Notes under the pieces: model-generated
The model's input: the letters and a program-made list of their open reading frames with translations, nothing else
Database searches by the model: none
What the model was told of the DNA's origin: nothing
Position numbers and translations under genes: made by a program
Source of the DNA: an uncultured Bacteroidales bacterium
GTDB taxonomy: Bacteria; Bacteroidota; Bacteroidia; Bacteroidales; Bacteroidaceae
Length of the DNA: 64,000 bases
Direction: 5' to 3'
Assembly: GCA_945833885.1 (NCBI GenBank)
Contig: CAMAFY010000003.1
Location: 49,057-113,056 of the forward strand
Shown: piece by piece, positions 8,713-18,532 of the stretch
How the letters are laid out: each line of letters opens with the position of its first letter
Position numbering within the stretch: the stretch's first letter is position 1

Positions 8713-10809
8713 ATGAAGAATCTTTTCTTTTCGTTTGTTGCTGTTATCGTAGTATTCTTCGCTTCGTTGAGTGCTTCGGCTTTCGAGGTTACCGTGAAAC
8801 CTGTTGCAGGTGAGGTAGAAAGTCTCAAAGACTTCCGTGTTTCAAGCCCCGCAGGTCTCCTTCTTTCCTCTAACTGTAAGGTTAAACTCCTTGACTTTCT
8901 CGGTGCTACTGTAGTAGAATTCGACAATACTGTCATGGAAGCCGACTGGGGTAACAACAAGAATCTGCCTGATGCCTGGAAATTCAGCATCGATGAGGAA
9001 TTCGTTGCTCCTGGAACCTACACTCTCGTTGCTGACGAAGGTGCTTTCCTCATTGGCGAAAACCAAGTCCCCAGTGCGGCACTCAGCGTGGTATACACCA
9101 TTCCTGGTGAGCCTGTCATCAACGACATTGCGTTGGCACAGAAACTCGCTGCATCGTACACGGCTACGCAACATGGCGAATCGTGCAACAACGATTCGTA
9201 CGAACTCCTGCCCTACGAAAGGTCGTACAAGGCAGAAATTTCGGCCGACGGCGAATATATCTATATCACTAACCTCTGCGACTTCGGCAACCAGTTCTTC
9301 ATTTACGGTTTGGTAAACGGAGCATCGCGCAAGGTTTATTTCGACCAGCAGAGTCTCTTTCTCGGTTGGAACAGAGTCATCGTCAAGGGTGCCGAAGATG
9401 CGTCCTTTACCGCCACCATCAGCGATGACTTCCAGACACTGACCTTCGACGATTTCAACATCATGTTCGGCGAGGACCTTTACGAAAGCGTCAAGTCGCT
9501 TGTCCTCACACGTACGCCAGATCCCGTGGTAGAATGGACAGTCAGCGGAACTACACACTGGACAACCGATGCCGGCAACACCTCGGCTTATGTGGCGGAC
9601 AATGCCAACATCACCCTTACCAAGTTCGTCCAGGGTGAAGATGTCCACTACGAACTTTCTTGCTTCGGCGGAACCTACGAATATCCCACGCTTGTGAAGT
9701 TCAATGTAAACGAGGACGGAACCCTCAACTTCCTCAATCCTACATATAGTGAGATGTTCTACGACAGCGTCAACAAGTACGACGACTCCGTGGCCGTTTA
9801 CCCCTATGACGAAGAGGGTAATCCCGCTTCGGGCATCGAGGGCAATGCACAGGGCGGTAAGATGTTCGTATCTTATCAGTTCTATGACTACTACGGTAAT
9901 TATGAACCCGACGAGTACGGTACCATCACCTTCAAGTGGGGCGACTACAATGTGCCTGAACTTGAGTTCACCACCGATCCCGAAGACGGTAGCGAGGTTG
10001 AAAGTTTCAACCGCATTGTCTACACCTTCCCCGGTGTAAACTTTGCAAACTATAATTTCGACTACAACAAGGTAACCATCGTTGATGAAGAAGGCAATTC
10101 GGCCAGTGACAATATTGGTCTCTCTTGGGGCGCAGGTATCAACCAAATTGCCGTAAACTGCAACACCGTTTCTAAGCCTGGAACCTACACCATCACCATC
10201 CTCAAAGGTTCTGTAATCCTTGACGGCGAGACTGTAGATCAGGATATTGTTATCAAACTCACCATTGCTAAATGGGATGGCAGTGTTGTTCTTCCCGAAT
10301 CCGTGACAACTGTTGACGATTTGCTCAACGTTCCCGTAACCTTCCCTCATGCTCAAAGCGTAGATGTATCGGGATTCGGTGTTCTCGGTGCTGTATTCGA
10401 TGAGGATGGTGACGTTTATGCTCTCCTCTTCACCGATGGTGTTAACGACTTTGCCGGAAGTGTTGACGTTGAAGGTTCGACTGTCAATGCACACTTCGTG
10501 ACGATGACCGACCTGAAGGCCGCCATCGGTTCTGCCGCTGACTCGTATGCACAGCGCATCGGTGGCTTCGTTGAGCCCGAACTTGGCAAGGCTACCGTAT
10601 ACTTCTGCCCGAAGAGTTTCGTTGTAAACGGCACTGTCTTCGCTGACAGCATCAGCAAGGCTTACACCGTTGCAGGCTCTGGACAGGCTACAGGTATCGA
10701 CAGCATTGCTACCGACAGCGAGGCTACTTACTACGACTTCTCCGGTCGTCGTATCGCAACTCCCGCAAATGGTCTTGTCATCAAGAACGGTGTAAAGGTC
10801 ATTAAGTAA
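8713..10809 (+). CDS. Secreted multi-beta-domain surface protein with T9SS-type C-terminal domain
   Basis: Signal peptide (..SLSASA), repeated Ig-like PGTYT motifs, C-terminus TGIDSI...YYDFSGRR...LVIKNGVKVIK. Confidence 0.85.
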   Translation: MKNLFFSFVAVIVVFFASLSASAFEVTVKPVAGEVESLKDFRVSSPAGLLLSSNCKVKLLDFLGATVVEFDNTVMEADWGNNKNLPDAWKFSIDEEFVAPGTYTLVADEGAFLIGENQVPSAALSVVYTIPGEPVINDIALAQKLAASYTATQHGESCNNDSYELLPYERSYKAEISADGEYIYITNLCDFGNQFFIYGLVNGASRKVYFDQQSLFLGWNRVIVKGAEDASFTATISDDFQTLTFDDFNIMFGEDLYESVKSLVLTRTPDPVVEWTVSGTTHWTTDAGNTSAYVADNANITLTKFVQGEDVHYELSCFGGTYEYPTLVKFNVNEDGTLNFLNPTYSEMFYDSVNKYDDSVAVYPYDEEGNPASGIEGNAQGGKMFVSYQFYDYYGNYEPDEYGTITFKWGDYNVPELEFTTDPEDGSEVESFNRIVYTFPGVNFANYNFDYNKVTIVDEEGNSASDNIGLSWGAGINQIAVNCNTVSKPGTYTITILKGSVILDGETVDQDIVIKLTIAKWDGSVVLPESVTTVDDLLNVPVTFPHAQSVDVSGFGVLGAVFDEDGDVYALLFTDGVNDFAGSVDVEGSTVNAHFVTMTDLKAAIGSAADSYAQRIGGFVEPELGKATVYFCPKSFVVNGTVFADSISKAYTVAGSGQATGIDSIATDSEATYYDFSGRRIATPANGLVIKNGVKVIK

Positions 10810-10853
10810 GTTTTTCACAGGATGGATATTGAATCATCCACCTAAATAACATT

Positions 10854-10899
10854 AGGCGCGTCTCCTTATTTGTAGAAAATAAGAGGGCGCGCCTTTGTT
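10854..10899 (+). terminator. Rho-independent terminator
   Basis: aggcgcgtctccttatt...aataagagggcgcgcct followed by T-rich tail. Confidence 0.7.
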
Positions 10900-11321
10900 G
10901 TATCTTTATGACACTACGGATGAATACGATGGAGAGGACGGATATTTGCTGCGGATAGATTTGATGTTTGTGTCGGAAAGTTCCGAGGTTTATAACGAGA
11001 TGCTCCGAGGTTTTCAGCGGAATGTTTCGAAGTACGTGGTGGACAGTTCCATTTTTTTTCTGAATGCCGATGGCTGTTTTGTCGTTCTTGTTTTTGTTGT
11101 TAAAGGTGGGGTGCTCCGTATAAAAATCGATATAGATGCACATTATTATGCAAAAAAAATGAGGTCAGGTAGTGGGGTGTTTTGAAAAACTTCCTTATAT
11201 TTGCGTAAAATATTGCAAAAAGCACAAAAACTAATGTCACATTTTATGGCCTCATTAAGGCATATTTATTGATTGGAAAATCATATACCATAATAATTCA
11301 TATCTCAAAAACAAGGACAAT

Positions 11322-13187
11322 ATGAAAAAGTTTATCCTTTCATTTGTTGCTGTTATCGTAGGTTTCTTTGTTTCCATATAAGCCTCGGCGTTCAGATTCA
11401 CGGCTTCTCCGGATCCCAGTGGGGCGGAATGCCAGACAGCACTCGCTATTCCTAATATGAATAGTGAGGTTAATTACATTAGCAGCACTGAAAGTGCCGA
11501 TGAGGTGACCCTAACGGCCGCTGAAATTGCCCTGAAACTTGCGGGCGATTACAACGTCAAACGTTCGGGCGAAACGCGTGTTTCTTCAACCGATCCCTTC
11601 ACGGAATATACGAAGGAGTACGTGGTTTCCGTCATTGCTGACGGTGATGACATCATCATCATCGATGCTGACGGTGCAGGAAATGCGTTCCGCGGTACCA
11701 TCGATGCCGAAAATTACAGCATTTATTTCTATAAACCCAACATCTCTTATTGGTATGCCGGCGTGTCAGCATCGGACTACAGTTCGGGCTTTACGGCAGA
11801 AATTTCTGAAGACCTCCAGACGCTTACCTTTGAAGAGTGGCATAAGGTTTGGGGAACTAAACTCTATGAGACCTCCACTTACCATGTTATGACCCGCGTT
11901 CCTGACCCAGTTCTGGTATGGGAAGTTGAGGGAAATATCTCATGGACCGGTGACGATGGTAAGGATTCCTACTACATTTCCAGCCTCGAAGGCGTGAAAC
12001 TTTCCAAGTATGCCCGTGGTGAGGAAGCCTTCTACCAACTCGAGCACCTCGGAGGCACTTACTATAACGCTCCCAAGATGGAGTTTGAAGTGGTAGACGG
12101 CAAGATTTCTCCCCTCAACTGGGGCTCTTACAAGCGCTATCTTTCTATCCAGGGAGGTTACGACACGGTTTATCCTATGGTAGACAACTCCTCTTTCGAG
12201 GGTGATGAAGAGGGCGGAAAGTTCACTTTTGCCTACGATTATCACGAATACTACTATTCTTCCGCAAGCGAAACCGGAACGATGACCTTCGTTTGGGGCA
12301 CTTATGCGGTAGAGAAGTTCGTACCTGAGTATACGACCGACCCCGCAGACGGTAGCGTTATCAACGATGCTGTTGACGAGGCTTACCTGCAATTCTCCGG
12401 ATATTGCGACATTATGTATACCGATAAGGCGCAGATTGTGGTGAAGGATGCCGAGGGTAATGAAGTCAACACCAATGCTTACTTCGAATATAACTACGGA
12501 GATTACAGCAAGATCCGCATTTCGAACCTCGGACTTACGGAATCCGGCACCTATACCATCACGGTTAAGGGCAATTCCTTGACAGTTTCTACAAACTACT
12601 TAAGTTATAAGACCGTCACAGGTGACGTTTCCTTCACCATAACTGTTGAAAGAGTTTGGGATGGCAACGTGGTTCTCCCCGAAACTGTTGCATCAACCGA
12701 TGAACTTCTCAGCATTCCTGTCACCTTCCCCTATGCAGAGCAGGTTAGTCTTACGAACTTTGGTGTCCTGGGTGCCGTTTTCAGCGAAGGCGGTGACGTA
12801 TTTGCCCTTCTCTTCCCCGATACATACACCGGAGAAGTTGAGATCGACGGCAGTACGGTGAACGTTCGTTTCGAGAAGATGAGCGACCTCCGTGCCCAGA
12901 ATGCTGCGCTCGCCGAGACTCTTGCCTAGCGTGTTGCAGGCTTCGTTCAGCCCGAGATAGGTAAGGCTACCGTATACATCAGCCCGAAATCCTTCAAGGT
13001 TAATGGCGCTATCTACCAGGAATCCATCAGCAAGACCTATGAAGTTGCCGGCTCTGGTCAGAGCACGGGTATCGAGTCCGTTGAGACCTCCGGTGAAAAT
13101 GCCGTTGTTTACGACCTCCAGGGTCGCCGTATCGCACCTGCCGCTAAGGGTGTTGTCATCCGCAACGGTGTGAAGATTATCAAGTAA
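11322..13187 (+). pseudogene. Paralogue of the 8713-10809 T9SS substrate with two in-frame stops (TAA 11379-11381, TAG 12927-12929) and no frameshift
   Basis: MKKFILSFVAVIVGFFVSI*ASAF aligns to MKNLFFSFVAVIVVFFASLSASAF. After the TAG the frame continues RVAGFVQPEIGKATVY...YDLQGRR...VIRNGVKIIK*, aligning to the paralogue's QRIGGFVEPELGKATVY. Confidence 0.88.
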
Positions 13188-13253
13188 TCACTTTGCCTTC
13201 CGGGGCTTAGGCACGGCTTTTACAGCCTCTTGTCTCAAGCCTTGAAATAAGTT

Positions 13254-13292
13254 AGCGCGTCTCTCGATTGCTTCGGGAGGCGCGCTTTTTTT
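13254..13292 (+). terminator. Rho-independent terminator
   Basis: agcgcgtctctcg...cgggaggcgcgct followed by a T run; stem resembles the terminator of the upstream paralogue. Confidence 0.8.
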
Positions 13293-13313
13293 AGTTTGGT
13301 CCGTGTTTTATTG

Positions 13314-13420
13314 AAGGTATTATCATTTTCCAATTAAGGTGTTATCATGTTCCAGTTAAGGTGTTACCATGTTCCTTATGCGCTATTACCATGTTCCTTC
13401 CAAGATACTGCCATGTCCCT
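13314..13420. repeat. Degenerate 22-bp tandem repeat, 5 units
   Basis: aaggtgttatcatgttccagtt-like units at 13314, 13336, 13358, 13380 and 13402. Confidence 0.8.
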
Positions 13421-13602
13421 TTTATGCGACAGTCGTGTTTCGTCTTGTGGTGTTTGCGTTCCTTAGGTCAGTATCGTGAGATTTTGTGTGAGGAGGACAC
13501 CTGTTTATGTTGTAAGATGCCAGTAAAATGGTTTGTAGGACCTATAGTAAGCGGTTTGGAAAGTTGTAGTGTAAGTCTGAAACGCCAGACCTACGTATAA
13601 AC

Positions 13603-13635
13603 AAAAAAGCCATCGGTTGTGGAAACCGACGGCTT
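13603..13635 (-). terminator. Terminator after the tRNA pair
   Basis: aagccgtcggtt...aaccgatggctt followed by a T run on the minus strand. Confidence 0.7.
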
Positions 13636-13639
13636 GAAG

Positions 13640-13714
13640 TGGTTGGGGTACCCGGACTCGAACCAGGAAAGACAGGACCAGAATCTGTAGTGTTGCCAAT
13701 TACACCATACCCCA
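13640..13714 (-). tRNA. tRNA-Gln(CTG)
   Basis: Cloverleaf TGGGGTA...ACAGA-TTCTGGT-CCTGT...GGTTCGAGTCC...TACCCCA-A-CCA; anticodon CTG; encoded CCA. Confidence 0.95.
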
Positions 13715-13779
13715 ATCTTTGGATTGCAGGATGCCCTCCCGCAGAGGATTTGAAAAGAATACTGAAGAAATCAGTGAAA

Positions 13780-13854
13780 TGGTTGGGGTACCCGGACTCG
13801 AACCAGGAAAGACAGGACCAGAATCTGTAGTGTTGCCAATTACACCATACCCCA
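13780..13854 (-). tRNA. tRNA-Gln(CTG), identical second copy
   Basis: Same sequence as 13640-13714, offset by 140 bp. Confidence 0.95.
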
Positions 13855-13918
13855 ATTTTTTGAGATTGTCATTGCAGGATGCCCTCCTGCACTTGGCATT
13901 CTTTCTTTTTTGCGTTTG

Positions 13919-13926
13919 CAAATTTA
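13919..13926 (-). promoter_or_regulatory. Promoter -7 element for the tRNA pair
   Basis: TAAATTTG on the minus strand, with a TTTG -33 element ~20 nt upstream. Confidence 0.6.
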
Positions 13927-14012
13927 CGATGAATTTCGGGTTGTTTCAATACTTTTGCCGGACTTTTTAGGAAATTTTGCGGCGTATGATTTTGTTTTGT
14001 CACTTATACATT

Positions 14013-14067
14013 AAAAAATGCTGAAGAAAATCACTGGTGATGACCTTTCTTCAGCGTTTCTTTTTTT
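14013..14067. terminator. Terminator downstream of the sugar transferase
   Basis: aaatgctgaagaaa...tttcttcagcgttt flanked by A/T runs. Confidence 0.6.
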
Positions 14068-14112
14068 GAAATCTGTGTTTGGTAAACCTGTCAATACAAG
14101 GCGGCAACTCCG

Positions 14113-14742
14113 TCAGAATTTTTTGCCGAATACGATGTTGATGAAGGTTTTCCAAAGGATTTTCACATCGAACCACCATGAACGGTGTTCAAGGTAGAAG
14201 AGATCGTATTCCAATCGCCGTATCATCTTTTCCATATTGTCGGTGTATCCGTTGTAAAGTGTGGCGTATGATGTCACTCCCGGTCTGATGGCATAGAGCC
14301 GTTCGTAGCGTGAATCGATGGCCATGATCTGGTCGATATAGAACTTTCGTTCGGGTCTGTGTCCTACGAAAGCCATGTCTCCGATGAGTACGTTCCACAG
14401 TTGCGGCAGTTCGTCCAGATGATGGTTGCGTAAAAACAGGCCGATTCGTGTCAGACGCGGGTCGTTTGGCGACTGCAAGAGTTGCGGACCGTGTTGCTCC
14501 GTATCGGTGTGCATGGAGCGGAACTTGTAGATTTTGAAGGGTTTTCCGTGCAGTCCGATGCGCTCTTGTGAGTAGATTGCCGGTCCGTTGTCCTCGCGTT
14601 TGATGCGAATGTAGCACCAAATCATCAAGGGAGAGAAGACAATGATGCAGAAAGCCGCGACGATGGCGTCCTGCAAACGCTTCAAAACGTCTTGCAAACG
14701 CTGCAGAATGCTCCGTTTATATATATATATGGTGTCCGGCAT
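14113..14742 (-). CDS. Bacterial sugar transferase (priming polyprenyl-phosphate glycosylphosphotransferase)
   Basis: YKFRSM, LDELPQLWNVLIGDM, RPGVT and YDLFY motifs; start uncertain (14742 or 14811). Confidence 0.92.
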   Translation of the reverse strand: MPDTIYIYKRSILQRLQDVLKRLQDAIVAAFCIIVFSPLMIWCYIRIKREDNGPAIYSQERIGLHGKPFKIYKFRSMHTDTEQHGPQLLQSPNDPRLTRIGLFLRNHHLDELPQLWNVLIGDMAFVGHRPERKFYIDQIMAIDSRYERLYAIRPGVTSYATLYNGYTDNMEKMIRRLEYDLFYLEHRSWWFDVKILWKTFINIVFGKKF

Positions 14743-14821
14743 GGCGGTATTTTTCAGTGTGATGGCTGCAGTTTGCAGGTCATGATGCCGTGGTAGGGGC
14801 GTGGAATGCAAGATGTTTGCG

Positions 14822-15424
14822 TCAGATCATTTCGAGCGAAATGCCGTGAGTTTCCGCCATTTTACGGATATTGATGAGGGCATAGCGCATTCTTCCGAGG
14901 GAAGTGTTGATGCTTACTCCGGTCTTGTCGGCGATTTCCTTGAAGGAAAGTTCCTCGTAAAAGCGCATTTGCAGCACCTCACGTTGGTTTTCCGGCAGGT
15001 GCATCATCAGACGATGAAGGTCGTTCAGCGTCTGTTGATTGATGATTTCCGCCTCATGATAAGTCTCTTCCAGTTGTGCTTTGTTCAGGATTCTGTCGTT
15101 CTCACAGTCCTGAGACACCATGATTGTGGTATTCTCACGACGGAAGATGTCCACAATAAGATTGTGGGCAATCCGTGTAAGCCATGGCAGAAAATGTCCC
15201 TCATGGCTGTAGCGTCTTTCCTTTAACATCACAATCGCCTTGACGAATGTCTCTTGAAAGACATCGTCGGCATGGGTGTTTTGCTTATCTTGTCCGAGTT
15301 GAAAACAAATATAGTCGTACAGGCGTGTCTTATAACGGTCGAGTAAGACATCGAATGCTTCGTCACATCCGTTGACATACATGTTGACCAACGCCTCGTC
15401 ATTAGCGTGGCTGATATTGTTCAT
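14822..15424 (-). CDS. ECF-type sigma-70 factor
   Basis: DDVFQETFVKA region 2; LPENQREV...SFKEIA...SINTSLGRMRYA region 4. Confidence 0.92.
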   Translation of the reverse strand: MNNISHANDEALVNMYVNGCDEAFDVLLDRYKTRLYDYICFQLGQDKQNTHADDVFQETFVKAIVMLKERRYSHEGHFLPWLTRIAHNLIVDIFRRENTTIMVSQDCENDRILNKAQLEETYHEAEIINQQTLNDLHRLMMHLPENQREVLQMRFYEELSFKEIADKTGVSINTSLGRMRYALINIRKMAETHGISLEMI

Positions 15425-15722
15425 TACAGTCAATGTTAAAAAATAATAGAGCGTAATGTCAGTCGATAGGCTAAGGATTTATGTTATTAATTACTATATT
15501 TGACTCTGCAAAAGTACTTTAAAAATGTGAAACTCCCAATATTTTCGGTGTTTTTTTACGTTTTTTCACCTGTTTTCATCTCTAAATCCGTAACTTTGCG
15601 GTGATTTTTCCCTCCGGAACCTCGAAAAACGTCATTTCGCTTTCGGACAAAGCACAGCGGTTACTATTGGTTTCGTGGACGGATATTGTTGGACAATCTA
15701 ATAAAAAACACAATGTAATTGT

Positions 15723-16787
15723 ATGAAAAAGTCGATAATCCTTGCATTGTTACTGGGCTTTTCAGGCGTATCCTCATCACTTTCTGCCAAGACCCCCAAG
15801 GTTTCGAAGGAGCGCAAGGCTGCCATCGAGGCCTGCGAACGCGGACTTTCCACCATCAACCGCGCCTCGTCGGAGGCCATCATCGGATTTCTTGCCAGCG
15901 ATGCCATGCAGGGTCGTGAGGCGGGCACGAATTACAGCCTCGTTGCCGGCGAATATCTTATCAGCCAATTACGGGAGGCTGGGGTAGAACCCTTTGAGGG
16001 TAGTTACAAACATCCCTTTGCCGCTTATCAGCAGGCTTCGTTCCGCCGTCCCGGACGTGTGTGGCAAGTCCACCCCGACTCCGTGGCAAAGGTGCAGGAA
16101 GGTCCCCATCGTCGTATGGATCTTGTCAATGTCTTCGGCGTCATCCCCGGCGAACGCAGCGACGAATACGTGTTTGTCGGTGCCCATCGCGACCATTGGG
16201 GCATCGATCCCCTGAAGGTCGGTGACCAGATTTACAACGGTGCTGACGACAATGCCTCGGGAGTGAGTTGCGCTTTGCAGATAGCCCGTGCCATAAAGGC
16301 CAGTGGACGGAAGCCCCTGCGTACGATGGTCTTCGCCTTCTGGGACGGTGAGGAGAAGGGAACCCTCGGCAGTGAATGGTTCACAGCCACGTGGCCCGAG
16401 ATAAACAAGGTGAAGGCTTACCTCAATTTCGACATGGCCGGTGGCAACAATCAGCCGGAGAATCCCCCCTATTTCGCTTACATTTACAGCCAGGAAGCCC
16501 CGGCTTTCGGAGAGTGGATAAAGGAAGACATTGAAAAATACGGGCTGAAACTCGACCCCAGCATCCGTCCTACGGAAAACCTTCTGGGCGGTAGCGACCA
16601 GGGAAACTTTGTACAACATGGCATCCCCTTCATCTGGTATCATACCGATTGGACGCCATATTACCATCAGGTTACCGACGAGGTGCAATACATCAACTGG
16701 GACAAATTGCTGGATATCACCAAGGCCAGTTATCTCAACGCCTGGAACATGGCAAACGAAGAGACGTATCAGACAGTTTCCGAGTAG
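15723..16787 (+). CDS. M28-family aminopeptidase, secreted
   Basis: Signal peptide; GAHRDH, NGADDNASG, DGEEKG, NFDM, GSDQ and YH motifs. Confidence 0.9.
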   Translation: MKKSIILALLLGFSGVSSSLSAKTPKVSKERKAAIEACERGLSTINRASSEAIIGFLASDAMQGREAGTNYSLVAGEYLISQLREAGVEPFEGSYKHPFAAYQQASFRRPGRVWQVHPDSVAKVQEGPHRRMDLVNVFGVIPGERSDEYVFVGAHRDHWGIDPLKVGDQIYNGADDNASGVSCALQIARAIKASGRKPLRTMVFAFWDGEEKGTLGSEWFTATWPEINKVKAYLNFDMAGGNNQPENPPYFAYIYSQEAPAFGEWIKEDIEKYGLKLDPSIRPTENLLGGSDQGNFVQHGIPFIWYHTDWTPYYHQVTDEVQYINWDKLLDITKASYLNAWNMANEETYQTVSE

Positions 16788-16896
16788 GTCTCCACAACGG
16801 GAAGTGTTGTGAAAAACAATTTCCGTGACCTGCTTTGTCTGTGGAATCTGCCGTTGGTCTTACCGGCATGTCCCCCTACAACAACGAACGAAGATT

Positions 16897-17712
16897 ATGA
16901 AAAGACTATTGAAGAGCGTCATACCCATGCTCATGATGCTGCTTCCTCTGTGCCTCAGTGCCCAGGAACCCCTGCAGAACACCGCCTTCAAGAGTGGCGA
17001 AAGCGTGAACTATATCATGAAATTCAACTGGGGACCGATATGGATTGACGTAGGAACGGCGGAATGGCGCGTCATTGACAGCCAGTACAAAGGGCAGGAT
17101 GCCTATAAAGTTTCGCTGCGGACACTGACCAACAAGCGTGCCGACCGTTATTTTGTCCTGCGCGACACCATGTCAACCTTTGTCACCCACGACCTCGTCC
17201 CCCTGTATTTCCATAAGAGCGGACGCGAAGGAAAGCGCCACAAACGCGACTATGTGGAGTACGACTACGCCGACAAGAAGTGCAAGGTCTCCACATTCCA
17301 CCATACATTGGGCCACAAATCGCGTACCAGCAACTACGCAGGTTACGTCCATGCCTACGATATGGTGAGCATGATGCTCCGCGCACGTTCTTTCGATCCT
17401 TCGGGATGGAAGAAGGGACATCGCATCAAATTCATGATGGCGGAGGGCAGTAAGGTGGCGCCACAGGTGATAGTTTACCGTGGAAAGAAGGTGGTGGAAC
17501 TCGACGACATGGGAAGGAAGTACAACTGTATGGTGTTCTCGTTCAATGAAATCGAGAAAGGTAAGGAGACGGAAATCGTACGTTTTTACATTACCGACGA
17601 CAAGAATCACCTCCCCATCCGCCTGGATATGAACCTGAATTTCGGCAGTGCGAAAGCATTTATGACGTCGGCTTCGGGTCTTCGTCACGAAGAATCCTCC
17701 CTTGTCAGATAG
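16897..17712 (+). CDS. DUF3108-family protein, secreted
   Basis: Signal peptide from ATG 16897; NTAFKSGE, YFVLRDT and TDDKNHLPIRL...FGSAKA segments. Confidence 0.75.
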   Translation: MKRLLKSVIPMLMMLLPLCLSAQEPLQNTAFKSGESVNYIMKFNWGPIWIDVGTAEWRVIDSQYKGQDAYKVSLRTLTNKRADRYFVLRDTMSTFVTHDLVPLYFHKSGREGKRHKRDYVEYDYADKKCKVSTFHHTLGHKSRTSNYAGYVHAYDMVSMMLRARSFDPSGWKKGHRIKFMMAEGSKVAPQVIVYRGKKVVELDDMGRKYNCMVFSFNEIEKGKETEIVRFYITDDKNHLPIRLDMNLNFGSAKAFMTSASGLRHEESSLVR

Positions 17713-18271
17713 GAAAACCGGGGTGATGTCCGGAGATCCGTGAAGGCCGATGCCTTTCTTCTCCACACAGATGCCTGTATAAATCTGTGCCATCCTCCGC
17801 CTTTCCACAGGAATCCGCTGTTTTTATCCTCACCGGATAACGCATCCGCAGACACCCCCTTCAACGGGCTGTCTGCGGATTTCCTTTTTCTGCAAGTTGC
17901 AACGGCACCATAATGATGGAACAATGCACGATGTCTCGGGCAAGGACTGAGGCATTTGAAGGTAAGAAACTGCGGCCGTTTATGAGGGCAAGAGGCACGT
18001 TGTAGGACGGAAAAACCGAATTTCGCACGAATGCGCACCGGTGAAGGACAACAACAAGTATGATGATTTTATAGAATGCACCTTCATTTTATATCCATAT
18101 TACCGGTATTGTTAAAAAAAGTGCGTTTTTATACACTAAAACGGAGCCATATACGTTATATAGATGACGAAAAGGAAAGACCTTCGTCTCCGCCTTTTCC
18201 GTGCTTCCTTTCGGAACCTCCTCACCCCATCATCCGCTGTTCCCTTGCGGTGCGTTGTACATCAGACTCGG

Positions 18272-18374
18272 AACGTGCGGACATTCCGGTCAGAAACATC
18301 GGTACTTTTGCCTTGAAACTTCGGAACTTTCGCTTTGAAAATGCGGCACTTTCCATCGGAAACTGCCGTAGTTT
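18272..18374. repeat. 22-bp-period array of the 15-bp motif (5 units)
   Basis: Units at 18272, 18294 (aaacatcggtacttt), 18316 (aaacttcggaacttt), 18338 (aaaatgcggcacttt) and 18360 (aaactgccgtagttt). Confidence 0.85.
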
Positions 18375-18532
18375 TTCAACCGCATTGCAAACCGTTGAAT
18401 TTCAAGACATTGAAATATGTTGTCAGGCTCCTGTGCGTTTCCTGCGATAACCGCAGGGTGGTTGTCGAGACGCATCGGATGCAGAGAATGCAAAGCCTTG
18501 TCACCGACCTTACATTCACCTTACCAAATACT

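Noticed and set aside
8842-10818. 658-aa antisense ORF, and similar long shadow ORFs (30516-31568, 32608-33870, 34404-35786, 58448-60016, 60960-62204)
   Set aside because: They lie opposite well-supported genes and have no motifs; sense-strand codon bias explains the lack of antisense stops.
10895-11185. 96-aa and 113-aa ORFs between the T9SS paralogues
   Set aside because: Weak starts and no recognisable motif; cannot be supported as genes, though a degraded remnant is not excluded.
8200-13640. tRNA-anchored genomic island carrying the T9SS paralogues
   Set aside because: No integrase, and I could not find a duplicated tRNA 3' end; the AT-rich parts are only promoter regions.
13640-13854. 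tRNA-Gln genes as amber suppressors, or genome-wide TAG recoding
   Set aside because: The anticodon is CTG, not CTA, and several genes here end at TAG where expected (e.g. 2973, 31820, 49905, 53812).
13639-13970. Short ORFs MVGVPGLEPGKTGPESVVLP...
   Set aside because: These are translations of the tRNA genes.
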